Assembly (NCBI GenBank): GCA_963755915.1
Contig: CAVWLP010000002.1
Coordinates: 544,001-608,000 of the forward strand
Direction of reading: 5' to 3'
From: an uncultured Phycisphaerales bacterium
Lineage (GTDB): Bacteria > Planctomycetota > Phycisphaerae > Tepidisphaerales > Tepidisphaeraceae
Length of the DNA: 64,000 nucleotides
Each line of letters starts with the position of its first letter. The first letter of the stretch is position 1. A model generated the notes under the pieces. That model searched no databases. It saw only the letters and a program-made list of their open reading frames with translations, and was not told where the DNA came from. Of this stretch, positions 49,387 through 61,243 are shown one piece after another. The position numbers and the translations under genes were made by a program.

Positions 49387-51297
49387 ATGAACCGTATCGT
49401 ATCCCAATCTCGTGATGTTCAGATTTCCGTTTCCCTGTCCAAGTTGATTCCGAGCAAGCGGAATCCCCGCCGCGTCAAACCGGAGCGGGACGCCCATCGC
49501 CGCATGGTGGCGTCCATCCGTGCGCACGGACTGCTGGCCCCGCTGGTAATCCGGGCGGACGAAGGAAATGGCGGCAGCTTTAAGATCATCGCGGGCAACC
49601 GCCGTCTGGCGGCGCTGCGCGACGTATACAAGGATTTGTCCCGACCGCCCAAGGTTCCATGCGTCCTACGCTCCGTGGACGACGACACTGCCGACGCTTT
49701 GGCGCTGGCGGAAAACTTCATCCGCGAGCCGATGCACCCGCTGGACGAGGCCGAAGCCTTCGCCAAGTTGGCGCGGGAAGAAGCCAAAGGCGTTGAGGCG
49801 ATTGCCGCCGAGTTCGGCGTCAGTCAGCCCTACGTGCGCCAGCGGATGAAGCTGGCGACTTTGGCCGAGCCGGTGAAGGCGCCGTACCGCCAGGGCGCGA
49901 TCGACACCGCGACCGCCGAGGCGTTCGCGTCGGTTCCACCGGACCGTCAATTGGAAGTCTGGCAGGAAGTGGGTGGAAATCCCCAACATGCGCAGCATGT
50001 CCGTAACGTGATTGCCCATGCGTGGATCGACGCCAAATCCGCCACGTTCGACGTATCGAAGCTGCCGGAAGGAACCGTCAGCCGCGACTTGTTCGCCGAG
50101 CGCGTACTGGTCGAGTGCAAGGCGTTCATGGAGGCGCAGGCCGAGGCGTTGCTTGCGCAGCGCCAAGCGCTGATCGAAGAAGGTTGGGCCGACGTGGTGG
50201 TCGGGCCGCAAGGCGACGTGCAGGATCGGTTGTTCTCAATGGCCGAAGCGCCGCAGGAGTATGATGACCAGACCAAGGCCAAGCTCAAAAAGCTGGCCGA
50301 CAAACGCGGCAAGCTGGAATCGAAGATCGAGGAATTGGACGAGTCGGATCAAGGCGCGTTCGAGGCGATCCAGACCAAATTGGAAGCGCTGGACGACGAG
50401 GAACAAACCTTGACCAAGGACGCCGAAGTTCACTACGCCGAGGCGACCAAGGCCGTCGGCACGACGTTCCTGCTACTTGATCCCGATGGCCGGGTCCGGC
50501 GAGAGTATCGCATCCCGCGTCATCGTCAGAGCGCATCCAGCAACGGCGATGGACGGGCCGGCGACGGCTCGACGGAAGCGCCCAAGCCACCGACTTCGGA
50601 CGACTTGCGCGAAGGCCAGCTTGCGATCACCTTCACCCATCAGGCGCTTGCGGTGCGCGAAGCGCTGTTGGACGACCACGCCCGCCGCAAGCGAGTCTTG
50701 GCGCTGATCCTGCACGAGAAGGTGCGCAGCGAAGCCCTGTCGATTCGGCATGACGCCAACGGCACGACGGTTCATGCCGACAAAGCCGAGGGATTCACGT
50801 CGGCGGCGCTGGTCAAGCTTCGGGAAAAGCGGTCGGAACTGGACCCGCTGCATGACAAGCATTACGTCGAGGATGATGCCGCTTACGACGCCATCAAGGG
50901 TTTGTCCGACAGGAAGCTGGATACCTTGATCGACCTCTTGACGGTCGAATGCGTGACGGCCCACCTGCAACGCAAGACCGCCTTGGTCTGGCGTCTGGCC
51001 GAGGAATTGGGCGTGGAGGTGCGCCGCTACTGGCGTCCCGATGAGTGTTGGTTGTCGGGCTATCAGAAGATTCAGTTGGCCCACCTGATCGGTGAGTTGC
51101 GCGGTCCGGTGTATGCCAAAGCCGCCGAGACGAAGAAGAAATCGGAGCTCGTTTCGGAGCTTGCCAAGCTCTTTGACGATGCCGCCAATGGACGCGTGGA
51201 GGATGCCAAGCTGGCAGCGAAGTTAAACGAATGGCTGCCGTCCAACCTGCGGGAAGAGCCGCAGACTGACGCCAAGGAACAGGCGTCAGCGGCGTAA
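49387..51297 (+). CDS. long ParB/Spo0J-domain protein of conjugative elements
   Basis: SIRAHGLLAPL, IAGNRRLAAL, AENFIREPMHPLDEAEAF, HTH. Confidence 0.9.
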   Translation: MNRIVSQSRDVQISVSLSKLIPSKRNPRRVKPERDAHRRMVASIRAHGLLAPLVIRADEGNGGSFKIIAGNRRLAALRDVYKDLSRPPKVPCVLRSVDDDTADALALAENFIREPMHPLDEAEAFAKLAREEAKGVEAIAAEFGVSQPYVRQRMKLATLAEPVKAPYRQGAIDTATAEAFASVPPDRQLEVWQEVGGNPQHAQHVRNVIAHAWIDAKSATFDVSKLPEGTVSRDLFAERVLVECKAFMEAQAEALLAQRQALIEEGWADVVVGPQGDVQDRLFSMAEAPQEYDDQTKAKLKKLADKRGKLESKIEELDESDQGAFEAIQTKLEALDDEEQTLTKDAEVHYAEATKAVGTTFLLLDPDGRVRREYRIPRHRQSASSNGDGRAGDGSTEAPKPPTSDDLREGQLAITFTHQALAVREALLDDHARRKRVLALILHEKVRSEALSIRHDANGTTVHADKAEGFTSAALVKLREKRSELDPLHDKHYVEDDAAYDAIKGLSDRKLDTLIDLLTVECVTAHLQRKTALVWRLAEELGVEVRRYWRPDECWLSGYQKIQLAHLIGELRGPVYAKAAETKKKSELVSELAKLFDDAANGRVEDAKLAAKLNEWLPSNLREEPQTDAKEQASAA

Positions 51298-51316
51298 TCA
51301 CGCCGTCCAAGGATCG

Positions 51317-51361
51317 AAAAGAGAAGCCGGATCGGGCATCCCTGATCCGGCTTCTTTGTTT
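51317..51361. terminator. bidirectional intrinsic terminator
   Basis: AAAAGAGAAGCCGGATCGGG-CAT-CCCTGATCCGGCTTCTTTGTTT between convergent genes. Confidence 0.7.
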
Positions 51362-51379
51362 GTTGTCCGGCCTTGACGG

Positions 51380-51745
51380 TCATTCCCAAGGATGGGGCGT
51401 GCGCACCACCGGGTAGCGAACGACCTTTGAGAAACATTCGGCGATGGCCCGCCAATGGTCTCCACGCTGCGCAATCCGCAGCCACGTGAATTGCCAGAGG
51501 GCGACTTGAACTGCCACGATGAAGCTCGCTCCGACGGGAATCCAGAAGTAGATCGGGCGGTCGTGCAAGAGGAGTTCGGCGAACGCGATGGCCCAAAGCG
51601 CGACCACGCCAACGACTTCGGCGATGCAGAACAGCACCACGACCAGACGTGCCAGTTGCAGCACGCCAAGCCAGAGCAGGAATTCCAAGCTGTCACCAAT
51701 CCACCGCAACATCGCTCCGTCCTTCTCCTTTGCAGAGCCTTTCAT
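51380..51745 (-). CDS. small membrane protein
   Basis: Two to three hydrophobic segments; AAGGAG before the internal ATG (MLRWIGD). Confidence 0.5.
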   Translation of the reverse strand: MKGSAKEKDGAMLRWIGDSLEFLLWLGVLQLARLVVVLFCIAEVVGVVALWAIAFAELLLHDRPIYFWIPVGASFIVAVQVALWQFTWLRIAQRGDHWRAIAECFSKVVRYPVVRTPHPWE

Positions 51746-51984
51746 CCGTCAGAGCTTCGCTCTTTCAGATGATGAACTACGCATCATTATATCGTTTGTC
51801 GTTCTCATCTTCTCGCAATCTCTTTGATCCTCGACACTTTTTCTCAAATGCCTTTGAGTCCAGCCGGACAGTTTCCTGTCTGGCTGAACTCAAATCTGTC
51901 TGGCCCAACTTGACGTTCGGTATCTGTTTGGTATAATCGGTATAGTGCAATCGAATGGTTTGCATCATAATTTTGGGATTAAGA

Positions 51985-52090
51985 AGGGAAGGCAAGATAA
52001 AAGCGTTAGCCGCTATGTGTGAGTATTCGCAGAGAGCATCAGGACTTACGGAGCGGCCATGGGCAAGTTACCGCCGCTCCAAAGCGGCGA
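51985..52090. other. putative oriT (MOBP-type nick region)
   Basis: Minus strand TTTTATCTTGCC (51991-52002) resembles the YATCCTG nick consensus; hairpin CGCCGCT-CCAA-AGCGGCG; immediately upstream of the relaxase. Confidence 0.5.
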
Positions 52091-52127
52091 TGAGTTTTGT
52101 GGCAATCGTTGCAGTATTGGAGGCATT

Positions 52128-54143
52128 ATGAGTCGGCGTTCAGAACGCAATTCAGCCGGAAAGGTTGAGCCGGATCGCGTCGGCAAGATGCACGCCAGGC
52201 GGCGGGAGCTCAGCGTTCGCGCGCAGCTTGCACGGCGGCTGCGGGGGTTCCGGGGCCGCACCGGGCGCGTTGGCTCGCGGCCTTCCTGGTCAGGCGGCCG
52301 CCGGCTGCAGCGCGTCATCGTCAAGACGCACGTGGCCCGCCACAAGCCAGGCAAGGCGCGGGGCAGCCTGATGCGCCATGCGAGCTACCTGGGCCGAGAC
52401 AGCGCCAGCGCCGACGGCAAGCCCGGCGTCTTTTACGACGCTTCTCGCAGCGATGTAAATGGCAAGGAGGAGGTGGCGGTGTGGGGGCCGGACCGGCACC
52501 ACTTCCGCATCATCATCTCTCCCGAGCGCGGCGCGGACATCCCGGATATGACCGCCTATGTGCGCGAGGTGATGGCACGGGTGGAGAAGGATTTGGCTGT
52601 CAGCCGGCGCCATCGAGGCCAGGCACAAAGCTCCAGTGGATCGCGCATCAACCACCACAACACGGACAATCCCGCATGCGCATGTCGTGCTTCGCGGCAA
52701 GCTCGACGATGGCCGGGACCTGGTGATTCCGCGCACCTATCTGGCGCACGGAATGCGCGGACGAGCCTCGGAAGTGGCCACGGAACTGCTCGGCGAGCGC
52801 ACGGTCGAACAGGCCCAGGAAGCGCGCTTGAAGGAGGTTGAAGCCGAGCGATTCACGTCGCTGGACCGGATGATTGAGCGACATTTGGAGCAAGGGGAAG
52901 GATCGACCTGTCACCCGCCAAGCCGATTGGGTTTGGCGCGGATGATCGGCAATTGGCGCTGGGCCGGCTGCAATTCCTGGAAGGGATCGGGCTGGCGCAG
53001 AAGGACAAGGGAACATGGTGGTCGGTGGACGAGACGTTCGGCCAGTCCTTGCGCGAACTCGGCGCGCGCAACGACATCATCAAGCAGCTTTACAGCCAGC
53101 TCGGGAACGAGGCGGGACGCGTGCAGCGCATGACCGGCGGAGCGGAAGTCTCCGAGCCGGTGGCGGGGATCGTCATTGCCAAGGACAGTGCGGATGAGCT
53201 GGAAGATGATCGGTTCATCGTGCGTCCGGGACGGCGCCGGACAGGCGCACTATGGGCGGGTCCGGGATACGCCAAGCTATCGGGATTTGCACGTCGGATC
53301 GGTTGCCGAACTGGGCGCGGGAACGCAGTGACGCCAGCAAGTGGCCGAGCAGATCGAGGCCGTCGCCGCAGCCAAGGCGCATCTATTCGGCGCAGGCCCA
53401 TGACGGCATATCTGCGCCAGTCCAACCCGGACTCAACCGAACGGGAGATCGCATCGGGCGGTTCGGTCCGCGGACTCCCGGCTGGCATTCGTCGCCGGGT
53501 TCGATGGATCGGGCGTGCGCGCGTTGGAAACCGGGGAGTACGCCATCGACGCCGACTCATTCACGCGGTTCAGCCAGCGCGGAAGCTCGCGCACGGACGT
53601 TCGGGTGATCGCCGAGCACACCTTGAACGGCAAATTGAAGCGCACGCGGTGACATGGCTGGACCGCCAGGCGTTCGGCAATCGGCCCGATGCTCGGACGG
53701 CGGACCATCCGGCGGTGCAGGAAGCCATCGAACAGCGGCAGGAGTGGCTGGTGCGCAACGGTTACGCCCAGCGCCGGGCAGCGACGCGGGCGCAGTTGAA
53801 TTGCATCCCGATGCACTTCAGCAACTCGCGGCTGAGGAACGGGCAGACGTGGCCGGAAGGCTGGCAGGCAAGTACGGTCTGCCGGTGGTGGAACTGCCCC
53901 AGGGCGGCACGGTCTCCGGCGAATACGGCGGCACCGAGCATCTCCATTCCGGCAAGCTGGCGGTGGTCGTCACGGAAGAAGGCGTATTCGTTTCGCCTGT
54001 TTCAAGGACGCCCGAATGTGGATGCTGGCAGTCCGGTTGAACTGCAACGCACGTCAGCCAACGACACCACCATCGAATTGTCGTCCGGCCAATCTATGGG
54101 TCTGGACATGGGTCTTTCGCTGGATGGCCCGGGAGGTGATTGA
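52128..54143 (+). CDS. VirD2-like RlxS relaxase with DUF3363 (multiple frameshifts)
   Basis: QRVIVKTHV, HASYLGRD, DRHHFRIIISPE, INHHNTDNP plus HAHVVLRG (HUH), ERFTSLDR, TWLDR. Confidence 0.88.
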
Positions 54144-56001
54144 TGACCGCTCGAAACATCATCCTCGCGTATTTGATCGTGCTGTTGGGTGGCCTCATCT
54201 TTGCCACACAATGGGTCGCCTATCGGCTGAATTATCATCCGGCCTTGGGCGGATTGCACGTGGCGCGCACGTGATCTATCCGCCGTGGGCCATCTTTACC
54301 TGGGCCCGCGACTTCGGGCCGGACATCCCGCACACTCTCAACGAGGGGTATTCGTTCATCGGCGGCACCTTCATTCTGGCTACTATATTACTGGTGGCAG
54401 GACGCCGGTTTCGCCGCCACATCCCCATCCGCGAGCTCGGCAAGGACCGATGGGCCAGCCAGCGAGACATGAAACGCGCCGGCCTAATGACCGGAAACGG
54501 GACCGTGTTGGGATGTGCGCACAACCGCTATCTCACCTATGACGGGCCGGAGCACCAGCTTGTCTCCGGGGCAAGCCGATCCGGCAAGGGCGTCGGTCAC
54601 GTCATTCCCACACTCTTGAACTGGAACGGAAGCGTACTGGCGTATGACGTGAAGAACGAGTTGTGGGATGTCACCGCGGGCCTGCGCTCCCGGCTCGGTT
54701 ACTGCGCAGTTCTTCAATCCGACGAGGGCTAACAGCGCTCGATTCAACCCCCTATTTGAAATCCGCAAAGGGGATAACGAGATTCGGGATACGCAGAACA
54801 TCGTGGAAATGCTGGTCAATCCCACCGGCGCCAAGCACACGATGGATATTTGGGACCAGCAGGCGAGCCAGTTCCTCGTGGCGCTGATCCTGCACGTGCT
54901 CTATACCGAGCCAGACCACACAAGAATCTGGCGACGGTCCGATCGCGTCTGTTAGATTTTAAGAATACTGCCAAAACGATGATCCGCACTCCGCACCGCT
55001 TCAACCCGCAGACCGGCGCTGCCGAGGTCCATCCCGAAGTCGCCTTGGTGGCCGGAGAGCTGCGCCGCCAGCCTGAAAAGTTCCAAGCCAGCGTGTGCGG
55101 CACGGCAGGCGCATACTTGACGCTGTGGGCGGACAACCTCATCGCCCGCAACACCGCGACCAGCGACTTTCGGCTCAGTGATTTGGTCTGCGCGGATCGC
55201 CCCATGACGCTCTATCTCCAGCCGCCGCCGTCGGACGCCCCGCGATTACGCCCGCTGGTGCGGTTGATGATTAACCAGACGTGTCGGGCGCTGATGGAGC
55301 ATTTGGATCGAGACAGCGCAGGGCGACCGAAGCAGCGCCGGCTCCTTCTGTCGCTGGATGAGTTCCCGACCTTGGGACGCCTGGACTTTTTCACCATGAA
55401 TTTGCGTCAGATGGCCGGCTACGGAATTAAGGCACACCTGATCGTGCAGTCGTTCAACGACATCATCGAGCAGTACGGCGTCAACAACACGATCATGGAC
55501 AACTGCCACATCCTGACTGCTTTCGCCGCGGCTGATACCGTCACCTGTCAGCGCATCAGCCAGATGACGGGCACGGTGACCGAATACCGCGAGAGCTATT
55601 CCCATCCCGCCAGGGGCCTTGGGGCCAGGACCATCAGCCAAAGCGAACAGGTCAGGCCGCTCCTGTCGCCGGGAGACGTGCGGGAATTGCCGGTGGACGA
55701 TCAGCTTATCTTCGTCACCGGCTTTAAGCCGATGCGTACCAAGAAGGCGCGCTACTACACCGACGCCGCATTCATGAAACGGGTTCTGCCGCCGCCGGAT
55801 CAATCGCAGCACATCAATCTGTCCGGCCAAGCGCACATCGAGTGGCTGCGCGAGCGGGCCAAGATGCCGGAGTTGCCGTTGCCACAAGAACAAGATGGCA
55901 GTGGCGACAATCTGCCTTTTGGGCAATCCCGAACTGAGAACATGGACGAAGACAGCGCCGACAACGAAATCTGGCCGGACGGCCACACGACCGACGTGTG
56001 A
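54143..56001 (+). CDS. traG: type IV coupling protein TraG/VirD4 (frameshifted)
   Basis: YPPWAIFTW, SRSGKGVGHVIPTLL, DVKNELW, RFNPL, LDEFPTLGRL, RPLLSPGDV. Confidence 0.92.
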
Positions 56002-56038
56002 AATGATCGACAGGGCAAGAACTTTGTGATGCGCATCT

Positions 56039-56539
56039 ATGTCTATGGCAGAGAATAAGATCAAGTTCACCGTCTGGCTCTCACCCGAAATCCTTCGGGC
56101 CGCTAAGACGCGTGCCACGCTGGAAGGGACTACCGCCTCGGAAGTGCTAGCCGCTGCGGGCAGGACGGTGCTGATCAATTCCGATCAGGAGCATACCGAT
56201 GCGAAGGTCTTGGCGGCGGTGGAGCGCGTGTTCGCGTTGATCCAGCGGATTGACCGGCGGCGATCTTTTGACCAGCAAGTCCTCAAGGAAATGGTGGGGT
56301 TGATGGTGCAGTCGTTTTTCAACCATACGCCAGGCATCCCGGAAAAGGACAAGAAGGCCGCGCTACACAGCGGCAAGGTGCGATTCAACCGCTTTCTTGA
56401 CACGCTGGCGGCCAACCTGCGCGCTGGCCAGTCGATTATGAATGATTTGCCCGTTCCGATTGAGCCAGCAACGCCAGAAATGGCAATGCCGACACCGGAT
56501 TCAACTATGCGCGGCTGCTCCCAGTCCCGGACCGCTTGA
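56039..56539 (+). CDS. CopG/RHH-like protein between traG and trbB (3' end may be frameshifted)
   Basis: KIKFTVWLSPEILRAAK RHH-like start; syntenic position. Confidence 0.6.
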   Translation: MSMAENKIKFTVWLSPEILRAAKTRATLEGTTASEVLAAAGRTVLINSDQEHTDAKVLAAVERVFALIQRIDRRRSFDQQVLKEMVGLMVQSFFNHTPGIPEKDKKAALHSGKVRFNRFLDTLAANLRAGQSIMNDLPVPIEPATPEMAMPTPDSTMRGCSQSRTA

Positions 56540-56689
56540 AACTCCAGAAGCCGAGCCGCCGCCGACAGCCGCCGACCACAATGCGCCCCATGATGAACGA
56601 AAGCGATCAACCGAAACGCGGCAAGAAAAGCCCGCGGCAACCGGCACACGCTCACGATGGAAATTATTCGGATGAGAAGGAATATTAAC

Positions 56690-57679
56690 ATGACCAGCCA
56701 CACAAACGAATCGAAAAACCCGGCAACGTCCGTCCGCCTGCGCCAGACCGAAAGCCTCTATCACGCCTTGGGGCCATTGGTATCGGATGCTCTTGCCCGC
56801 CCGGACGTGGTGGAGGTCATGGCCAATCCCGACGGGAGCCTATGGGTGGATCGCGCCGGAGTCGGGCGCGAAAAGGTGGGCCACATCGAACAGTCCGCTG
56901 CCGAGACGACGATCCGGCTGCTGGCAAGTCACATGGGGGAGACCGTCACGCCCGATCGGCCGGCGGTCGCCGGCGTGTTGCCGAGAAGCGGCGAGCGATT
57001 TCAAGGTCTTCTGCCACCGCTGGCGGAACGGCCCGTCTTTACAATCCGCAAACGCGCTTCAGTTGTATTCACGCTCGGCGAATACGTGGCCAAGGGAATT
57101 TTGTCGGCGGCCGGCGCCGAGATCATTCGCGGTGCCGTCGTAGATCGAAAAAATATCCTCGTCGCCGGCGGCACCGGATCGGGCAAGACCACGCTGGTCA
57201 ACGCGATTCTGGCGGAACCGGCATTTAAGAGCGATCGCATCGTTCTGATTGAGGACACCAAAGAGCTTCAATGTCCAGCCGAGGACAAAGTGGAATTGCT
57301 GACCAAAAATACCGAGCCGCGGGTCACGATGACCGACCTGCTCCGCATGACCCTGCGCCTCAGGCCGGATCGGATCATCATCGGCGAGGTCCGAGGTCCT
57401 GAAGCGCTGGCGATGCTCAAAGCGTGGAATACGGGCCACCCCGGAGGTCTCGCCACGATTCACGCAAATTCGGCCGCCGATGCCCTGCGGCGCATTGAGG
57501 ACCTGGTGGGCGAGGCATCGCAGGTAATTCCCAAGCGTTCTATCGCATCCGCCGTAAATCTCCTGGTGTTCATCGAGCGTACCAGCGCCCAGCCCTGCCG
57601 AACAGTCCGCAACATTGTCGAAGTCCACGGATTTGATGGCAGTGACTACGTACTCCGCGAAGCCAAATCCGAGGGCTGA
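56690..57679 (+). CDS. trbB: P-type conjugative transfer ATPase TrbB/VirB11
   Basis: [39 protein letters not shown]. Confidence 0.95.
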   Translation: MTSHTNESKNPATSVRLRQTESLYHALGPLVSDALARPDVVEVMANPDGSLWVDRAGVGREKVGHIEQSAAETTIRLLASHMGETVTPDRPAVAGVLPRSGERFQGLLPPLAERPVFTIRKRASVVFTLGEYVAKGILSAAGAEIIRGAVVDRKNILVAGGTGSGKTTLVNAILAEPAFKSDRIVLIEDTKELQCPAEDKVELLTKNTEPRVTMTDLLRMTLRLRPDRIIIGEVRGPEALAMLKAWNTGHPGGLATIHANSAADALRRIEDLVGEASQVIPKRSIASAVNLLVFIERTSAQPCRTVRNIVEVHGFDGSDYVLREAKSEG

Positions 57680-57812
57680 GGAGATATTGGTGTCTTATCG
57701 TTGACTGCGGGATTCGGCGATCTTTCGATTATCCGCGTGTTGCGGATACACTCTGAAATTGCGCGATAGGAACTCGAATCGATTCGAATTTTGCTCGCCA
57801 TTGGACTCAAAG

Positions 57813-58977
57813 ATGAGCAAACTGCCAGCCAAGTTTCTGCGCGACTATGTGAACCTGCTCGGCCAGGTGAAGGATCGCATCCGCCAGTGCGCAAACCTGC
57901 GCCGTACTCTCGGCCAACGCGGAGATGATTCACCTGTATTGGGATGTCGGCCGCCTGCTCGCTCAACAACAGACCGCCCAAGGCTGGGGTGCGGGTGTTA
58001 TACGACGCCTTGCGACCGACTTGCGCAACGAACTGCCCGAGGTCAAGGGATTTTCAGAACGGAATCTGAAACTGATGACGCAATTCCACCGCGAATACCC
58101 GCTGTTTTCTGAAATTGGGCAACAGCCTGTTGCCCAATTGCTTGTTGGGAAAGTTTCCGAAAGAACTTCACGCGTCGGCGATACGGACATTCAATTGGTG
58201 CAACGGCTTGTTGCCCAATTGCCTTGGGGTCACAACGTCGTGCTCATGCAGAAGGTCAAATCGCCCGCTACGCGCCTCTGGTACATCCAGCAGACGCTCC
58301 AGAATGGCTGGAGCCGCAGCGTGCTTCATCTGATGATCGAGAGCGAGTACCACCGACGACGAGGCAAAGCGATCACCAACTTTCCCGATCGACTCCCACC
58401 GGCTCAATCCGACCTTGCCACGCAAACGCTCAAAGATCCGTACATCTTCGATTTCCTCACGCTCGAAAAACCATTCCATGAGCGCGAGTTGGAGACCGAG
58501 CTGTTGAAGCATCTTCAAAAGTTCCTCATCGAGCTGGGCCAGGGTTTCGCGTTTGTCGGCAGGCAATATCATGTTGCGGTGGGCGAGGACGATTTCTACA
58601 TCGACTTGCTTTTCTACCATCTCAGGCTGCGCCGTTTCGTCGTGATCGAACTCAAGACCGGCCAGTTCAAGGCCGAACATGCCGGAAAGATGAATTTCTA
58701 CCTCAATGTCGTTGATGATCGGCTTCGGCACACGACCGACCAGCCCTCAATCGGATTGATTCTCTGTCAGTATCGCAACCGCGTTGTCGCCGAGTATGCA
58801 TTGCATGGCATCAAGAAGCCCATTGGTATCTCGCAGTATGAGATTACCCGCGCCTTGCCGAAAGAGTTGCGATCAAGCCTACCGTCAATTGAAGATATCG
58901 AAGCCGAACTAACATCCCCAGCCCCCAGGCAAACTCCAACACAATCGCAAAATAAAAGGAAGCGGGCCAAGCGATGA
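57813..58977 (+). CDS. YhcG/DUF1016 PD-(D/E)XK nuclease-domain protein (frameshift near 57890)
   Basis: LYWDVG, KGFSERNL, LPWGHN, KDPYIFDFL, IDLLFYH, IELK, SSLPSIEDIE. Confidence 0.92.
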
Positions 58978-59007
58978 ACAATGCTTGAGCTGAACGCGGT
59001 GCGATGG

Positions 59008-59301
59008 CTAACCCGCGGTCGCCTCCGCGGTTCGCTGCCTCGAAATCCATGTATGCGCCTCATCCGCAGCTTTTGCGAGAAGCAAAAGGTCATCATGGCC
59101 AAAGCTGCCGCTCTCTTTCCAATTGTTCTCGCCGTCCTTGTATGAGCGACTGAATGTGACGCAATAGAGCGGCCGGCTCGCGTTGCCATTGTCCACCATG
59201 TTGCGCCAGATCGCCGCGCGAACGGCGCCATAACGGATGGTGTGGACGGGACGGTTTGCGGTCTTTTCGGTTTTGGTCACATTGCTGGTTGACTGTGCCA
59301 T
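59008..59301 (-). CDS. small conserved protein, possible PC4-like nucleic-acid-binding fold
   Basis: GGAGG RBS; VRAAIWRN...VTFSRSYKD...WK...F...DL. Confidence 0.6.
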   Translation of the reverse strand: MAQSTSNVTKTEKTANRPVHTIRYGAVRAAIWRNMVDNGNASRPLYCVTFSRSYKDGENNWKESGSFGHDDLLLLAKAADEAHTWISRQRTAEATAG

Positions 59302-59331
59302 ATAGCACCTCCGATGAAAGTGAGTGCGTTC

Positions 59332-59625
59332 TTAGCTCATTGCGGCAGCGAGAGAATCAAGCTCCTCCGCCGTTCCGCACACGATGTGTTCGGAGACTGG
59401 AACGAACTCGGCCACGCCGAATTGTTTAAGGAATCCGATCCGCGGCTCACGCGATAGTCCCCGCTCAGTGGCGATCCGCACGGCTTCGTCGTAGGTCGGT
59501 AACGCCGGCGCGATAGCGTCGTGCGGCCGGATATCCGCCAGGTCCGTAAGGATTGTGACCACTTGAATCGTGGTCGGTGAAGATTGCCGCTTGATTACGG
59601 CAAAGGTTACGGTGGCGGCGATCAT
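59332..59625 (-). CDS. hypothetical protein
   Basis: ATGA-coupled to the DUF2274 gene. Confidence 0.55.
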   Translation of the reverse strand: MIAATVTFAVIKRQSSPTTIQVVTILTDLADIRPHDAIAPALPTYDEAVRIATERGLSREPRIGFLKQFGVAEFVPVSEHIVCGTAEELDSLAAAMS

Positions 59626-59930
59626 GGTTCTTCCTTTGGCGATGGCAATGGCGCCGGCATCGCTGCGGAGGACTGCCGAGAAGTCCGCGACCGTGGCTTG
59701 AGGCCATATTTGGCGACCTGGAACTCGCGGTCGCCGTCCATGAACCGGCGGGCCATTTCGCGGAGCAGATCGGCCTCGGACACATCGGCGCCATACGCCT
59801 GTCTGTAAAATGTCTTGTAGCGTTCCAAGTCCTGTGCCAGTTCATGACCGAGTTCGATCGTCAGCTTCCGAGTGGTGGTCAAATGGAATGCGGGGAGTGC
59901 GATTTCAGGCATGAGTGTCTCCGTCAACAT
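59622..59930 (-). CDS. DUF2274 protein
   Basis: KLTIELGHELAQDLERY...YG...LLREMARRFMDGDREF; follows trbI. Confidence 0.8.
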   Translation of the reverse strand: MLTETLMPEIALPAFHLTTTRKLTIELGHELAQDLERYKTFYRQAYGADVSEADLLREMARRFMDGDREFQVAKYGLKPRSRTSRQSSAAMPAPLPSPKEEP

Positions 59931-61230
59931 CAGGGAACATAGGGTTCCAAGATCATGTCCTTGTTCACGAGGACGCGCAGGGGCCAGCCCGGACGAATCG
60001 TGATCGTCGGCTGCACGTCGAGCTCGCGGTCGATGATTTTCTCGCCGATCCGGTTGGCTTGCTGAGCCACCGAGTCGCCAATCACGTCCTGGCCATTCGT
60101 GGTTGAGCTTTGAGGATTCCGCGAAGGTTTCCGGCGTAGGCGATGGCGGTTGTTAACGCGGTCGATTCCGCTAATTTGTCCAGGTGATAGTCCACCTGAT
60201 CCTCCAAGCCGGCTTGACCTGATTCGTCCGCGCCGGGCATTCCGTCCAAAACAATCGTGTTTCCGTTGGGATAGATGAGCCGCTGCCAAACGACCAGTGC
60301 CCGGTTCTGGCCGTTTGTGACGAGACTCTGGTATTTACCAAGAAGCTTTGATCCTTGAGGGATCAGCAGATAATCGCCGGTGACGGTATCGTAGACGTTC
60401 TCCGTCACTTGGCCGATCACTTCACCAGGCAAGTCCGTGTTGATGCCTGTCACCAGAGCGCCTGGAATGACGCTTCCCGCTTTCAACTCATATTTTGAGA
60501 TCGGATCGAGCAGTGGCTTGGACAGGTAAGGCTCAATTGCTGCGCCCTGAGTCAAAAATGCCTCTTTGTCGGCCTGATGGTTCTGAATCGTTCCACTCGA
60601 TTCGCGCTGCCAGATCCACCAGCATTTAGATCTCCAATCTCATCGCCCACCATTGCCGCGCGGCGAGCATCCGAACCAACCATCGCCAGTGTCGGCATCG
60701 TCGTCGGACCCGCCGTGGTTGCCGTGGATGGCGCCGCGGATTTCGCACCGCCGAACAGAAGGGGCGAGTCCAGAGCCGCTTGCTCTTCCTTCAGTTGCTG
60801 TTCAAGCAGCTTTCGGCGCTGTTCGGCGAGCTCGCGCAGCGCCTGGGCAAAGGCTTGCTCCTGGGGCGTAGGTTCCGCCGGCCGAGTCACCGCCGTTTGG
60901 CCGGTCAAGGCTTCGTAACTGATCCCCTGGCCAGCGTGATTCACGTCGAACGTATAGTCTTTCGGCAAGTCTTTGACGGATTCGATTGGACCCGAGGGAC
61001 GGATCGCGATGTCATCGACAGGTCCATCCTTGCGGGGACCACCGCGGTCCCCAAAACTGAGCATCAGGACCACGAGCCCAAATGCATGCGCCGAAGACGC
61101 CCGCGAGCAACACCGCGCGGCGACTGACTCGCGTCACTGCCGGCGGAATGCCATGAATATCCAGCCGGGGCGGATCGCTATCCGGCGACTGAGGCGCCTG
61201 TCCTATTCCAGAAGTATTAGTGGGATTCAT
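59930..61230 (-). CDS. trbI: TrbI/VirB10 (three frameshifts)
   Basis: AGSVIPGALVTGINTDLPG, LLIPQGSKLLG, GLEDQVDYH, QPTITIRPG. Confidence 0.92.
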
Positions 61231-61243
61231 TGCAAGTCTCCTA

